Origin: Chlamydiales bacterium
GTDB taxonomy: Bacteria; Chlamydiota; Chlamydiia; Chlamydiales; SM23-39
DNA: 32,000 bases
Direction of reading: 5' to 3'
NCBI GenBank assembly: GCA_965261025.1
Contig: OZ253438.1
Coordinates: forward strand, 630,001-662,000
A model generated the notes under the pieces. It was not told the DNA's origin and ran no database searches. It saw only the letters and a program-made list of their open reading frames with translations. Shown here piece by piece: positions 7,524-18,000 of the stretch; the stretch's first letter is position 1; the number at the start of each line of letters is the position of its first letter. The translations under genes and the position numbers were made by a program.

Positions 7524-10331
7524 TCATAATAAAGAAAGCTTATCTCTTATTTTTTTCACAGCTTCTTTTGCCTCTTTTACCTGTTTTTGAAATTCTTCTA
7601 CTACTTTTTTAGGAGCTTTTTCCAAAAAAGCTTGATTATTTAGTTTGCTTTCGGATATTTCTATCCTTTTTTGTAATTTTTCCTCTTCTTTCAAAAGGCG
7701 TTTTTTTTCTCTCTGCTTCAACTCTTCTGGAAGAGGAAGAAAGACTTTTACTCCTTCCACAATACAAAAGGACCCGAAAGCCTCCGGCTCTTTCTTGGTA
7801 AAAAAAATCTGCTCTACAGGAAGAAGAGCCTCAAAAATCCCCTGATTTTCCCTTAAAAAGGCCTCTTCTTTTTTCCCTAAGAAAAAAAGTTCTGTCTTCT
7901 CTGCAAGAGAAAGCCCCATTTCCCCTCTTAACTTTCGAATTTCATACAAAATTCTTTCTATCTTAGAAAACTCTTGTAAGGCTTTTTCCTCTATCTTCTC
8001 CTTTTCTTGCTTAGGGTAAGAAGAGCTAGCGCAAGCTATAGACGCAAGACTTTCTAAAAAGTCTTTTGCATACGAATCTTTTGGATCTTTAGAAAAAACA
8101 GGATAGGCCTTTTTTATATAAGAAAAGAGCTCTTCTGTAATGAAAGGAAGTAAAGGATGCATTACACGAATCATCCTCTGAAGACAAAAAAGTAAAATTT
8201 TCTGTTTGTTTTTTCTCTGTTGTCTCTCTCCCTTTTTTTGAAAAAGATAAGGCTTTACCATTTCCAAGTACCAAGAACAGAAACGATCCCAATAAAAAGT
8301 ATAAGCAAGATGAGCTGCTTTATCAAAGGCATAGTCTTCTAAGGCCCTTTCTACTTTTCCTATATTCTGTTCCATTTCCGATAAAAGCCACCTATCTTCT
8401 AGAGTGTATATAGAAGTTTCAAGCCCTTCTGAAAGGTCTGTTTCTATTAAAGGATCTCTTCCTTCGACACAATGGAGAAAAATAAAACGAGCCCCATTCC
8501 AGATTTTGTTGATAAAGTTCTTAAATTCTTCAAACCTTCTAGGATCTAAATCAATTTGCCTTGCATAAGTTGTGGAAAAAGCAAGAGTCATCCTCAAAGC
8601 ATCCGCACCATATTCTTCAATAACTTCTATAGGATCAATTACATTTCCCTTGGATTTAGACATTTTTTCCCATCTTGCCTGAACTTGATTGGGAAGAGGT
8701 TTTCCCTGATCATAGGCCCTTTTTTCCAAGCTAGATACGTAGGAAACTCCTTCTGGGGTTTGAACAAAATAAGATTTCCCATAGATTAATCCGTGAATGA
8801 AAGTCTTTTTAAAAGGCACCTTATCTTCTAAAAAGTCTCCCATAAGAATCATCCTGGCTACCCAAAAAAATAAGATATCATGCCCTGTTACCAAAACAGC
8901 GGTAGGATAAAATTTTTCTAAAAGAGGGGTTTTTTCAGGCCAGCCTAAAACCGTCAAGGGCCAAAGAGCAGAAGAAAACCACGTATCTAATACATCTTCC
9001 TCTTTTTGCCAAAGATCTGGCTCTTTTTGTACCTCAGAAGGTATAGCCTCTTCAGAACAGAGAATTTTTTCTTCCTTTTTATGATACCACACAGGAATCG
9101 TATGTCCCCACCAAAGCTGCCTAGAAACACACCAATCCCGTAAATTCTCGATCCAATGAAAATAGGTGTTTTCCCAATGACTTGGGAGAAGTTCTATCTT
9201 TTTCTCTTTTACTAAAGAAAGAAGCCTTTCTTTAAAGGGTTTCATCCGAATAAACCACTGCTTGGAAAGATACGGTTGAATTACTGCTTTCGAACGGTAG
9301 GAAACCCCGAGTCGTATCTTGTAAGGCTCTGCTTTTTCCAAAAGATCTCTCTTACTAAGCTCTTCTATGATCTTTTTTCTCGCTTCTTCTATAGTAAGTC
9401 CTTCAAAAAGGAGTCCTCCTACTTCGTTAATTTTGGCCTCTTTGGTAAGTAAGTTGATTCTAGAAAGGTTATGCCTTAGCCCCATCTCATAGTCATGAAA
9501 ATCGTGGGCTGGGGTAATTTTCACTACCCCTGTTCCAAATGCCGGATCTACAAAGCTATCCTGCAAGATAGGAATTTCCCGGTTTGCGAAGGGAACTACG
9601 GCCTTTTTCTTTATAAAACGTAGGTACCTTTTATCTTCTGGATGAATGGCAAGCGCTGTATCCGCTAAAATTGTCTCTGGGCGCGTAGTTGCTATAACAA
9701 GGGGATTTTTCTCTCCTCTTACTGGGTATCTTATATACCAAAGATATCCTTCTTTTTCTTCCCATTCTACCTCATCATCGGATAAAGCAGTCTGGCTTAC
9801 AGGATCCCAATTTACTAGATAGTCTCCTCTGTATAATAAACCTTTATCGAAAAGGATTTTAAAAGCCTTCTTTACCGCTTGAGAACTCTTTTCATCCATC
9901 GTAAAGCGGTACTTACTCCAGTCAAGACTACAACCTAGTCTCTTCAGCTGATCTTGGATCCTTTTTTCGTGTTCTTCCTTAAACTTCCAAATCTGCTCTA
10001 CAAAAAAGAATCGGGAAAAATCCCTTCTCCTTTTCCCCGTTTCTTTGTACAGTTTATTTTCTACCACAGTCTGAGTGGCAATTCCTGCATGATCTGTTCC
10101 GGGAAGCCATAGAGCAGAAAATCCTTCCATTCTTTTCTTTCGAATTAAAATGTCCTGCAAAGTATCTACCAAGGCATGCCCCATATGAAGAACCCCTGTT
10201 ACGTTAGGAGGAGGGAGAACTAGGGAAAAAGGTTTTTTAGAAGAATGAGGGTCTACTTGAAATAGGTTCTTTTCTTTCCAAAATTCAAGCCATTTTTTTT
10301 CTATTTCTAAAGGGGAATAATTCTTTTCCAT
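7524..10331 (-). CDS. valS: Valyl-tRNA synthetase
   Basis: 935 aa. Class I HIGH region 'PPPNVTGVLHMGHAL'. KMSKS loop 'KMSKSKGN'. Typical ValRS blocks ('TRPETILADTA', 'DWCVSRQLWWGH'). C-terminal Lys/Glu-rich coiled coil. Confidence 0.97.
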   Translation of the reverse strand: MEKNYSPLEIEKKWLEFWKEKNLFQVDPHSSKKPFSLVLPPPNVTGVLHMGHALVDTLQDILIRKKRMEGFSALWLPGTDHAGIATQTVVENKLYKETGKRRRDFSRFFFVEQIWKFKEEHEKRIQDQLKRLGCSLDWSKYRFTMDEKSSQAVKKAFKILFDKGLLYRGDYLVNWDPVSQTALSDDEVEWEEKEGYLWYIRYPVRGEKNPLVIATTRPETILADTALAIHPEDKRYLRFIKKKAVVPFANREIPILQDSFVDPAFGTGVVKITPAHDFHDYEMGLRHNLSRINLLTKEAKINEVGGLLFEGLTIEEARKKIIEELSKRDLLEKAEPYKIRLGVSYRSKAVIQPYLSKQWFIRMKPFKERLLSLVKEKKIELLPSHWENTYFHWIENLRDWCVSRQLWWGHTIPVWYHKKEEKILCSEEAIPSEVQKEPDLWQKEEDVLDTWFSSALWPLTVLGWPEKTPLLEKFYPTAVLVTGHDILFFWVARMILMGDFLEDKVPFKKTFIHGLIYGKSYFVQTPEGVSYVSSLEKRAYDQGKPLPNQVQARWEKMSKSKGNVIDPIEVIEEYGADALRMTLAFSTTYARQIDLDPRRFEEFKNFINKIWNGARFIFLHCVEGRDPLIETDLSEGLETSIYTLEDRWLLSEMEQNIGKVERALEDYAFDKAAHLAYTFYWDRFCSWYLEMVKPYLFQKKGERQQRKNKQKILLFCLQRMIRVMHPLLPFITEELFSYIKKAYPVFSKDPKDSYAKDFLESLASIACASSSYPKQEKEKIEEKALQEFSKIERILYEIRKLRGEMGLSLAEKTELFFLGKKEEAFLRENQGIFEALLPVEQIFFTKKEPEAFGSFCIVEGVKVFLPLPEELKQREKKRLLKEEEKLQKRIEISESKLNNQAFLEKAPKKVVEEFQKQVKEAKEAVKKIRDKLSLL

Positions 10332-10381
10332 GTCATTTCTTCCTATAAAGAAGGGAGGGTAGCAAAAAAAAGAGTAAGCTT

Positions 10382-10915
10382 CTAGCTTGAAAGAAACTTT
10401 TTATAAAAAAAAGCGGAATGAATACTTGTATCAAAAAGCTCTTTACCTTGCATTTTAGCAAAAATAAGCTCCTCTTCTAAAAAAATTACTTCCATGAACT
10501 CAAAAGACTCTCTTTTAGGAGAAGCGCTTTTTTCTATTTCTGAAGAATAAAACAGGTGAATCCTATGTTGGGAAATCGAAGGCAAGGGAAGATAAAACCC
10601 CAAATATTGTAAAGAAGAGACTTTATAACCAGTCTCCTCTAAAAATTCCCTTTGTGCATTTTGTTTTAAAGACTCTCCTTCCTCTACTCTCCCTCCTGGG
10701 AGGCCATAGATATACTGCCTTAAAGGGTGTCTATATTCTTTTAAAAGAAGATATTTTCCTTTGTTACGGGCTAAAACTACCACACCATCTGCTTTAATAT
10801 CTAAAACCAGATAGCTCATCTTCTTTTCTTCTCTTTGCAAATGATCTAACTGTAAGCTAAAAAAACCCTCATAAAGGATCTCTTTTTTTTCTATTAGGGG
10901 ACTCTCTTCAGACAT
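10382..10915 (-). CDS. Nudix hydrolase (ADP-ribose pyrophosphatase-like)
   Basis: 177 aa. Nudix box 'GLPGGRVEEGESLKQNAQREFLEETGY' fits G-x5-E-x7-R-E-U-x-E-E-x-G-U. Its start overlaps the 3' end of pknD by 22 nt. Confidence 0.85.
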   Translation of the reverse strand: MSEESPLIEKKEILYEGFFSLQLDHLQREEKKMSYLVLDIKADGVVVLARNKGKYLLLKEYRHPLRQYIYGLPGGRVEEGESLKQNAQREFLEETGYKVSSLQYLGFYLPLPSISQHRIHLFYSSEIEKSASPKRESFEFMEVIFLEEELIFAKMQGKELFDTSIHSAFFYKKFLSS

Positions 10916-13608
10916 TCCAACCTCTTACGGAAAAAAGTTTCTTTTTCTTTTTCTTTTGTACAGTAAAAAAATAAGATGAGCCTTTCAAAAAGGATCTTTT
11001 TTTCGTAATAAAAAGCACTTTTTATCCAGCCCTTTTCCTCCTCTATCTTTCCACAAAGATAAGCACTTGCTAAAGCGTGAAGAGGGGGATATCTTTTCTC
11101 CTGTAAAGTAGTAAAATGGAGCGTAGCTTTTTCCTCCGATTCTTCCAAAGATAAAAAACATCCATAGGCCGTGTGCAGCGGAGTAAAAGCAGAACTAAGC
11201 ATTTTTTCTGAATATCTTTTTACTAAGTTTTTTGCTGCTTTGCGCTTACCTTGTGCTAAAAGAGCCCACAGAAGCATCTCATCTAAATAGGAAAGATCTT
11301 CTTTAGATACCTCAAAACTAGGGAGCAAAGAAAAGAATTTTTGTACCTCTTCAAACTGGCTTTTCAGTAGCTTTTCCTTCAAAAGGAAATACAAAATACG
11401 AATCTGTTTTCTATCTAATTTGGGCCCTTGTTTTTCCAACAAAGAAATAACTCCAGGTAAATTTCCCAATAAAAGCTCTTTTAACCCCCAAGGAAGATTA
11501 TTTTGCACAGTTTTTTCTTGCATTAACTCTTCTAGCTCTTCTACAAAATCAAGCTCAAAAAGCCCCATTAATGCGTTCTGTATCGTTTTTTCCTCTATTT
11601 CTTTCATCTTAGAAAATACTTGAGATATCTCCACCAGAATAGCTCTATTTCTCACCCAAAAAGCCAATATGATAGCAATTCTTGCCTGGAGACTCTCTTT
11701 TGGAGCTTCTTCCATGAAAAAAGGAAATTCCCAGTGTTTTTTAAGCCCTTCAAGAAGATTTTTTGTATCTCTTTGATGAAATATCTTAGGAAAGTACCGG
11801 ACCGCTAAAAGGATTAGATGATAAGCAGCTTGTCTTTTGGTATGAGAGCTTTCATGCATACGAAATAAAATGTATTCCTCAAATAGAGAAAGTAAAGGAT
11901 GTTTGGGATACTTTCTCAAAGCAAATTCTAAACATTTTACCTCTTCCTCATAATCCTCTAAGGCTTCATAAACCATGGCCTTTCCCAAAAGCTGTAAAGG
12001 AGCTCCAGCTGCTGTAAGATGCTCAAATTCCTCTAAAGCTTGATGAAAAAGCTGTTTTTTTTCTTTTCTTACCTGTTCTTCTTTTGCCTTTTGTAAAAGA
12101 GTAAGCCCAGCTCGAAAAAAAGCCTCCCTCCCCTCTTCTCTTCCTGGGAAAGACCTGCCTATCTTTCGATACTCTAAAAGGGCATGCTCATAATCTTTAT
12201 AAGCATAAAAAGCATCCGGTACAGCAAGGCAGTTTATCATAGCATTATAAGAGCTGGTGTATACTCGAAGCGGTTTTATTTCAAATTCTGCATCCTTGTG
12301 AAGCATCCCAATATGAGTCCCAGAAAGAGGAAAGTGCGAGCTATAAGAAATCAGTGGAACTTCATCTAGAAAAACCTTCACAAAAGATACGGTTTTCTCT
12401 AAGCAAATTTGATGCCACTTTCCTTTTTGTAAAAAAGGAACTTCTGTTTCTGCTACTAAAACATTGCAGCGAAAGAGCTGACAACCTTGGGGCCCCAGCC
12501 AAAGACAGTAGCCTTGTTCTAAGCTTTTTCTTTGGGAAAGCTCTGGTATGCTCAATAAAAAACCGGCTCCTCCCCCTTTTTCCTTGATTTTCACTTTGGT
12601 TTCTATGCGAATATTCCCAGGAAACATTTGCTGCGAAACCATTAAGCTTACCCACTCCATAAATTCTACATGCCTTGTAATAGCAATGTGTTTAGCTAAA
12701 AAAACATTTTCCTGAAATTCCCAATCTTCCTTCTTTTCTATCTTCAATTCTGCTGCAAAAACCCAGCTAGATTGTCCCTCCACTACCTTCTTGATCTCTT
12801 CAATTAAATCAGAGACAAAAGCAAATCTTTTCTCCTCCTCATTAGCAAGACACTTTTGCAAAATGGCTTCTATTTCCTGGGGAATTTCTCTATAAGGAGC
12901 TAACTCTATAGGAGAAATCCATTTCTCTTTTCCCGCTACTTTCCGAAAAGCCGCTAAATTTCCTCTATGAAAAGGGAGTTCTAAGGTTAAAATTTGATAC
13001 AAAATGATACCTAAAGCATAAATCTCTGTTCTGATGGAACTGGGATTTCCCATGACTCTTTCAGGAGCCATGTAGGAGATAGTGCCTGCTACTTTTCCTC
13101 TTCGGGAAACAGACTCTTCTAAAAACTCGGCAATCCCCCAGTCTAAGATCATAACTTCCCCATATTTTCCGATGATGATATTTTCTGGCTTTAGATCTCT
13201 GTGGATAATTTTCTTAGAATGAGCGTAGGAGATAGCTTCACAAATCTGTAGAAAAATACGAAGTAAAGAAGCTACAGAACCTCCTACAGGAGGGAGAATC
13301 TTTCCCCTTTTTTGTCCTTCTTTCGTCTCTTTCAAAACTTGACGAAGTGTTTCCCCCTCCACATAAGGCATCGTGTAATAAAAAAGTTCTTCATTAATGG
13401 TAAAGATAGGCACAATCGAAGGATGGGTAAGCTGGGAGGCTATCTGCGCTTCCCTTAGAAAACGAACTTGAATAGATTTCTTCTCTTTTAGCTCAGGTTT
13501 GATCCTTTTTAGAGCAACTTCTCTTTTACAAACAGGATCATAAGCAAGAAAAACCTCCCCCATTCCTCCTTTACCCAAGCTCTGCTTTATCGTATAGCGA
13601 TCTATCAT
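10894..13608 (-). CDS. pknD: Ser/Thr protein kinase, chlamydial PknD type, with a long non-kinase C-terminal region
   Basis: 904 aa. Gly loop 'LGKGGMGEVF'. 'VALKRI' (catalytic Lys). 'HRDLKPENI'. 'ILDWGIA' in place of DFG. 'ISYMAPE'. As I recall, chlamydial PknD also carries DWG and sits next to valS. The C-terminal ~450 aa are helical-repeat (TPR-like). The middle ~170 aa look beta-rich. Confidence 0.9.
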   Translation of the reverse strand: MIDRYTIKQSLGKGGMGEVFLAYDPVCKREVALKRIKPELKEKKSIQVRFLREAQIASQLTHPSIVPIFTINEELFYYTMPYVEGETLRQVLKETKEGQKRGKILPPVGGSVASLLRIFLQICEAISYAHSKKIIHRDLKPENIIIGKYGEVMILDWGIAEFLEESVSRRGKVAGTISYMAPERVMGNPSSIRTEIYALGIILYQILTLELPFHRGNLAAFRKVAGKEKWISPIELAPYREIPQEIEAILQKCLANEEEKRFAFVSDLIEEIKKVVEGQSSWVFAAELKIEKKEDWEFQENVFLAKHIAITRHVEFMEWVSLMVSQQMFPGNIRIETKVKIKEKGGGAGFLLSIPELSQRKSLEQGYCLWLGPQGCQLFRCNVLVAETEVPFLQKGKWHQICLEKTVSFVKVFLDEVPLISYSSHFPLSGTHIGMLHKDAEFEIKPLRVYTSSYNAMINCLAVPDAFYAYKDYEHALLEYRKIGRSFPGREEGREAFFRAGLTLLQKAKEEQVRKEKKQLFHQALEEFEHLTAAGAPLQLLGKAMVYEALEDYEEEVKCLEFALRKYPKHPLLSLFEEYILFRMHESSHTKRQAAYHLILLAVRYFPKIFHQRDTKNLLEGLKKHWEFPFFMEEAPKESLQARIAIILAFWVRNRAILVEISQVFSKMKEIEEKTIQNALMGLFELDFVEELEELMQEKTVQNNLPWGLKELLLGNLPGVISLLEKQGPKLDRKQIRILYFLLKEKLLKSQFEEVQKFFSLLPSFEVSKEDLSYLDEMLLWALLAQGKRKAAKNLVKRYSEKMLSSAFTPLHTAYGCFLSLEESEEKATLHFTTLQEKRYPPLHALASAYLCGKIEEEKGWIKSAFYYEKKILFERLILFFYCTKEKEKETFFRKRLECLKRVP

Positions 13609-13927
13609 AAGTTAACCCGGATCTATTCCCAGTTAAATTGCCCATAGCAACTCAAGGAGAATAGATTTGCCTCTGTCACATGAATAAAAGCAATTTCTCC
13701 TTTATCCTTCAATGCTGAAAAAATAAGGCCCTGGAAAAATTTGATACAAGAGCCTCTCTCTTAAATTTTTAAACCATTGACTATCTAATATATTGTCTTG
13801 GAATCTCTGAAAACTAGACCCTCCTACTCAAACCTAAAGTCTCCTTCAATCAAGTTAGCTTCAAAAACAGCCCTCAAATCTAATAAAATAAGGTAAAGAT
13901 GCCCTTATCTTTCTCTTCTTAAATCAT

Positions 13928-13957
13928 TTGACTTTAACATAGACTGAGCTCTAGAAT
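13928..13957 (+). promoter_or_regulatory. Candidate sigma70/66-type promoter for trpS
   Basis: TTGACT (13928-13933), an 18-nt spacer, then TAGAAT (13952-13957), about 75 nt upstream of the trpS ATG. An AGGGA Shine-Dalgarno-like sequence sits just before the ATG. Motif match only. Confidence 0.3.
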
Positions 13958-14032
13958 CGGGCTTTTGAGTAATCAAGAAGATATTTTAATACAAGCACAA
14001 ATTGAATAAGTTTTTTCTCATACAGGGAACCT

Positions 14033-15052
14033 ATGGAAGATCTTTTTACCTCTTATGAAGGAAAGGTTATTTTGACGGGGGACAGGCCCACAGGCCCTCT
14101 TCATTTGGGGCACTTTGTTGGCTCATTAAAAGCCCGAGTTTCTCTACAAGAGAGAAACAACCAATTTGTCATGATTGCAGACATGCAGGGATTGACTGAC
14201 CATGCTGAAAATCCACAGGTCCTGCGTACCTATGTGAGGGAGGTTGTTTTGGACTACCTCTCTGTAGGGATTGATCCCGAAAAAACTACGCTTTTCCTTC
14301 AGTCAAAAATTGCGGCTCTTTCAGAGCTTACCCTTTTTTATCTAAATCTGGTTACCTGGAACCGCCTCAAACATAACCCCACCGTAAAAGCAGAAATCTT
14401 ACAAAAAGGATTTAAAGAAAGCGTCCCCGCAGGTTTTATGATCTACCCTATTTCTCAGGCAGCAGATATCACAGCTTTCAAAGCAGAGCTTGTCCCCGTG
14501 GGGGAAGACCAAATTCCTATGATAGAGCAAACAATAGAGTTAGTTAGAAAATTCTCTCAAACCTATTCGAAAGGGGTTTTGGTAGAGCCGAAAGCACTTC
14601 TTTCTTCTTCAAAAAGACTAGCTGGAACGGATGGGAAACCTAAAATGAGTAAAACGACAGGCAATGCAATCTTCTTATCTGATGAAATAGATCTAGTAGC
14701 TAAAAAGGTAAAGAAAATGTATACAGATCCCACTCACCTAAAGGTAGAAGATCCAGGAAAAGTGGAAGGAAATCCTGTATTTGATTATCTAGATGCTTTT
14801 GATTCAAACAAAAAAGAAGTGTCTAGACTAAAAGAGCATTATCAAAGAGGGGGGCTTGCTGATTCTAAGGTAAAGGGTTATCTTCTAGAGATTTTAGAAG
14901 CTTTCTTATCTCCTATAAGAAAGAAAAGAAAAGAGTACGAAAAAGATCCTACCTATATAGCAAAGATTATCCGAGAAGGCTCTAACAAAGCCTCCTCAGT
15001 AGCAGAAAAAACCCTTTCTGAAGTAAAAGAAGCTATAGGTATCTGGAAATAA
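14033..15052 (+). CDS. trpS: Tryptophanyl-tRNA synthetase
   Basis: 339 aa. '[15 protein letters not shown]' (HIGH). 'KMSKTTGN' (KMSKS). TrpRS-typical '[12 protein letters not shown]'. Confidence 0.95.
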   Translation: MEDLFTSYEGKVILTGDRPTGPLHLGHFVGSLKARVSLQERNNQFVMIADMQGLTDHAENPQVLRTYVREVVLDYLSVGIDPEKTTLFLQSKIAALSELTLFYLNLVTWNRLKHNPTVKAEILQKGFKESVPAGFMIYPISQAADITAFKAELVPVGEDQIPMIEQTIELVRKFSQTYSKGVLVEPKALLSSSKRLAGTDGKPKMSKTTGNAIFLSDEIDLVAKKVKKMYTDPTHLKVEDPGKVEGNPVFDYLDAFDSNKKEVSRLKEHYQRGGLADSKVKGYLLEILEAFLSPIRKKRKEYEKDPTYIAKIIREGSNKASSVAEKTLSEVKEAIGIWK

Positions 15053-18000
15053 GAGGATTTTCAATTTGTTCTTGCATTCTCTCCAGATGAATGAGTAAGG
15101 CGTTGTTGCTATCTTCTACCCCTTTTAGCTTTCCTACTTGCTTCATTGCTTTAATTAGGTCTAATAAAGAAGCCGCCTCGGTTTCTATGATTTCCTTTAC
15201 TTTTTCTTCGAAAATCTTTAGCTCCCATTTGTGCAATATAGGAGGAAAATGAAAAATTCTCCAAAGAGCTTTTTTCCTCTGAAAATCTTGCTGAGAGACC
15301 ACTTTTCTAAAGCAGTCATAATCGGTAAAGCAAAAAGAATACCGGTCCTCTTCTACGTGTAAGATGGCATAGGCAAATGGATTTTCGGAAGAACTTGCCT
15401 CCCGTATTTTCTTTTGCCAAAATAAAGCATCAGGTCCGCTTAGCCCTACAGTAGAATATTGCTCTGGCTTTGACTTATCAGGAACTACCAATAGTATATG
15501 AGTAGCCTGTTTTCCCCAATTTCTTGACAGAGTAGAAAAACGCTGCCAGGAAGGAAAAAACCCTTTTGAAAAAGGCAATAAATTGTGGGTTGCCTCCATT
15601 TTCTCTTCGAAGAAATAGGAAAAAATCCTCCAGGCTTGCTCGGAAGAGCCTTGCAGGATCTCTGTTAAAGGCTTTACAAAAGCAAGCTCTTTTGTAAGGT
15701 CTAAATCTTTTTTCCAAGGGATATAAGGATCTTTCTTAAATCTGGGAACAACAGGTGAAAAATTTTGCTTTTCTTGCTGTTTTTCCTGCTGTTTTTCTTG
15801 CTGTTTTTCTTGTGTCTTCGAACTAGTCTTCTGCTTTACCCTATTTGTCCCTCTTGCCCTTATGTCTTCAGTAAGCACTTTTTCGGGCAGTAGTTTTTGC
15901 TTAAAACCGATAAAAAGCTCTTGCATTCTTTGCTTTTCCTCTATAGAAAAACAGGTAGCTTTTTCTATTCTTTCCCCCCAAGAAGCCTTCCATCCTAAGA
16001 TTATCTTTTCCGGATCTATCTCCTCTCTTTTTCCTCCAAAAAACACTCCTCCCTCAAAGCATTTTTTGGAAACAAACAAATCGGAAAATTCTTTAAAAAT
16101 CCTATCTCTTTTGCGAGAAGAGCTTTCCAAAAGCTTTAACATCACCTCTTTTCGTAAAATAGCAAAAAACTTTTGAGAAGCGGCTTGTAGAGAAAGTCTT
16201 TGTAATTTCTCTTTTTCTTGCTCGGTAAGATATCGAACTAATTCAGGTAAAGAAATTCTTTCCTCTTCTAAGGGGATTTGTGGCATAACATGTACTGCTA
16301 AGCTTTGCTCTTTCTCTTTAATTCCTCTAAGTCTAAGAATTGCCTGAAAAGAATCTGAGAGAGTATTAAAGCCTACTGTAACATGGGATCGAGCTCTTTG
16401 TTTTTGAGAGATATCTATTCCGTAAAAATGTCCTCCATCCAAATAACAAACCCTTTCTTCTTCTGAAAGACCACAGCTTTCCAAGGCAGCTATTCCCGTT
16501 TCTGTCAATACCTTCAGTTCGTTATCTTCTCCAAAAAAGACAACTCCTTTGATCTTTTTTCTGTTAGACAAGGCAAGCTTATTCCAAATTTCAGAAGCTA
16601 CTTTTTGATTTTGCATCCCATAAAATAGGTTCCCTAAATCGACGATCATCATGCCTTGTTCATCTCGAACAAATTGGTCTAAAAATTGCTCTCTAAGCCT
16701 TCCTTCTGGCTCTTTCTTTAATTTTACAAGCTTTCCCCTTTCAAGGGCTTTTTCTGCTAACAGTAACGAATTTGCTGTGGTTCCTTCCATTTTTTGGGAG
16801 GAGAAATCTTCAGGGTATAAATCTTCGTTATAAATAGTCCCTGAAAGGCCCTTTACTACGGGAGCCATAAGAGCAAAATCAGAAGAGTTACAGTCTATGG
16901 AAGCAGGATAAAAAGGAATGCTAGGGCCTACTACTCGTTCAACAAAGAAAAGAATTACTTCTGGATTCTTTTGCATTTCTTCTAAAGAAAAATCCTCCAG
17001 CTTAGTTTGCTTACTGTTTAAAGCTCTTTGTAAAAATTGAATTACCTCTGTTTCTTCTTCCTCACAAACTAGCTCTTTTCTTTCCTTTTCTATTCCTTCT
17101 TGCAGGATTTGAATTACCTGCTTTACTTGTCTTTTCTCTAGTCCTTTCTGCAAATAATAGCTGAAGGAACGGACTAATGCTTCATAAGGCAACTCAGAGC
17201 TACTTCCCTCTTCTGGGTTATTATTTCCTGCATAAGGAATCATATATTCTTTTTTTCTTTCTTGTTTTGATCTGCCGTAGCTTACATCTATTCCCCCTTC
17301 TCTTGCTAAAGAAGGAAGACACTGCAACAAGGCCCCTCTTGCAGAGGCCACAGCAGAAAAATAAGAGGTTCTTTTTAAAAATTCAGGAGATTCCTTTTTA
17401 AAAGAGGAAAAGTACAGGGCTAATTCTATTTTCTGCTCTCGGGAAAAAATAGGAAAAGAAGAAGCCACCTTTTCTGGTATTAGCGAAAAACAACTTTCCA
17501 ATGCTTTCCTATCACGAAGTAATTCTTCTACGGGGATCCCTTTTTCTCTTGCTATCTCTACTAAGGCTTCAAACACTTTTTTTACTCCATAAATATCTAC
17601 TTTTGTCAAATTTTCCTCTTCTCCTATAGGAAATTTTTCCACCTGCTCTGGAGAAAAAGCCTCATGACATTCATCCACTACCATAGAAGCTGAATTGTAT
17701 AAGATAGATAAAATCTCTTTGGAAAGAAGCCATTTTTGCTCTATATTTTCCCCTTTTTCAGAGGATAAATAAGCAAGTTCCACTAGGGAAAGCCATAGAC
17801 ACTGCAAGTCTTCCTTGGTAGTAAAAATTCCCTGTCCCAGCTCTTGCGCTTTTTTTATTTTTAATAAAGCATGCCTTAAATAGGCTCTGCTGTTTTCTCT
17901 TTCAAAACCTATATAAGAACATTCCTTTCCAAAAGCCTCAAAAAGAGTGCTTCCTATTTTTTCTTTACTAGAATCGATCAAAGCTTTGGTAAAAACTAAC

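Noticed and set aside
13958-14032. T-box or Trp-responsive leader upstream of trpS
   Set aside because: The ~75-nt candidate leader has no T-box consensus (no GGTGG-type bulge sequence), no obvious specifier/antiterminator architecture, and no Trp-rich leader peptide.
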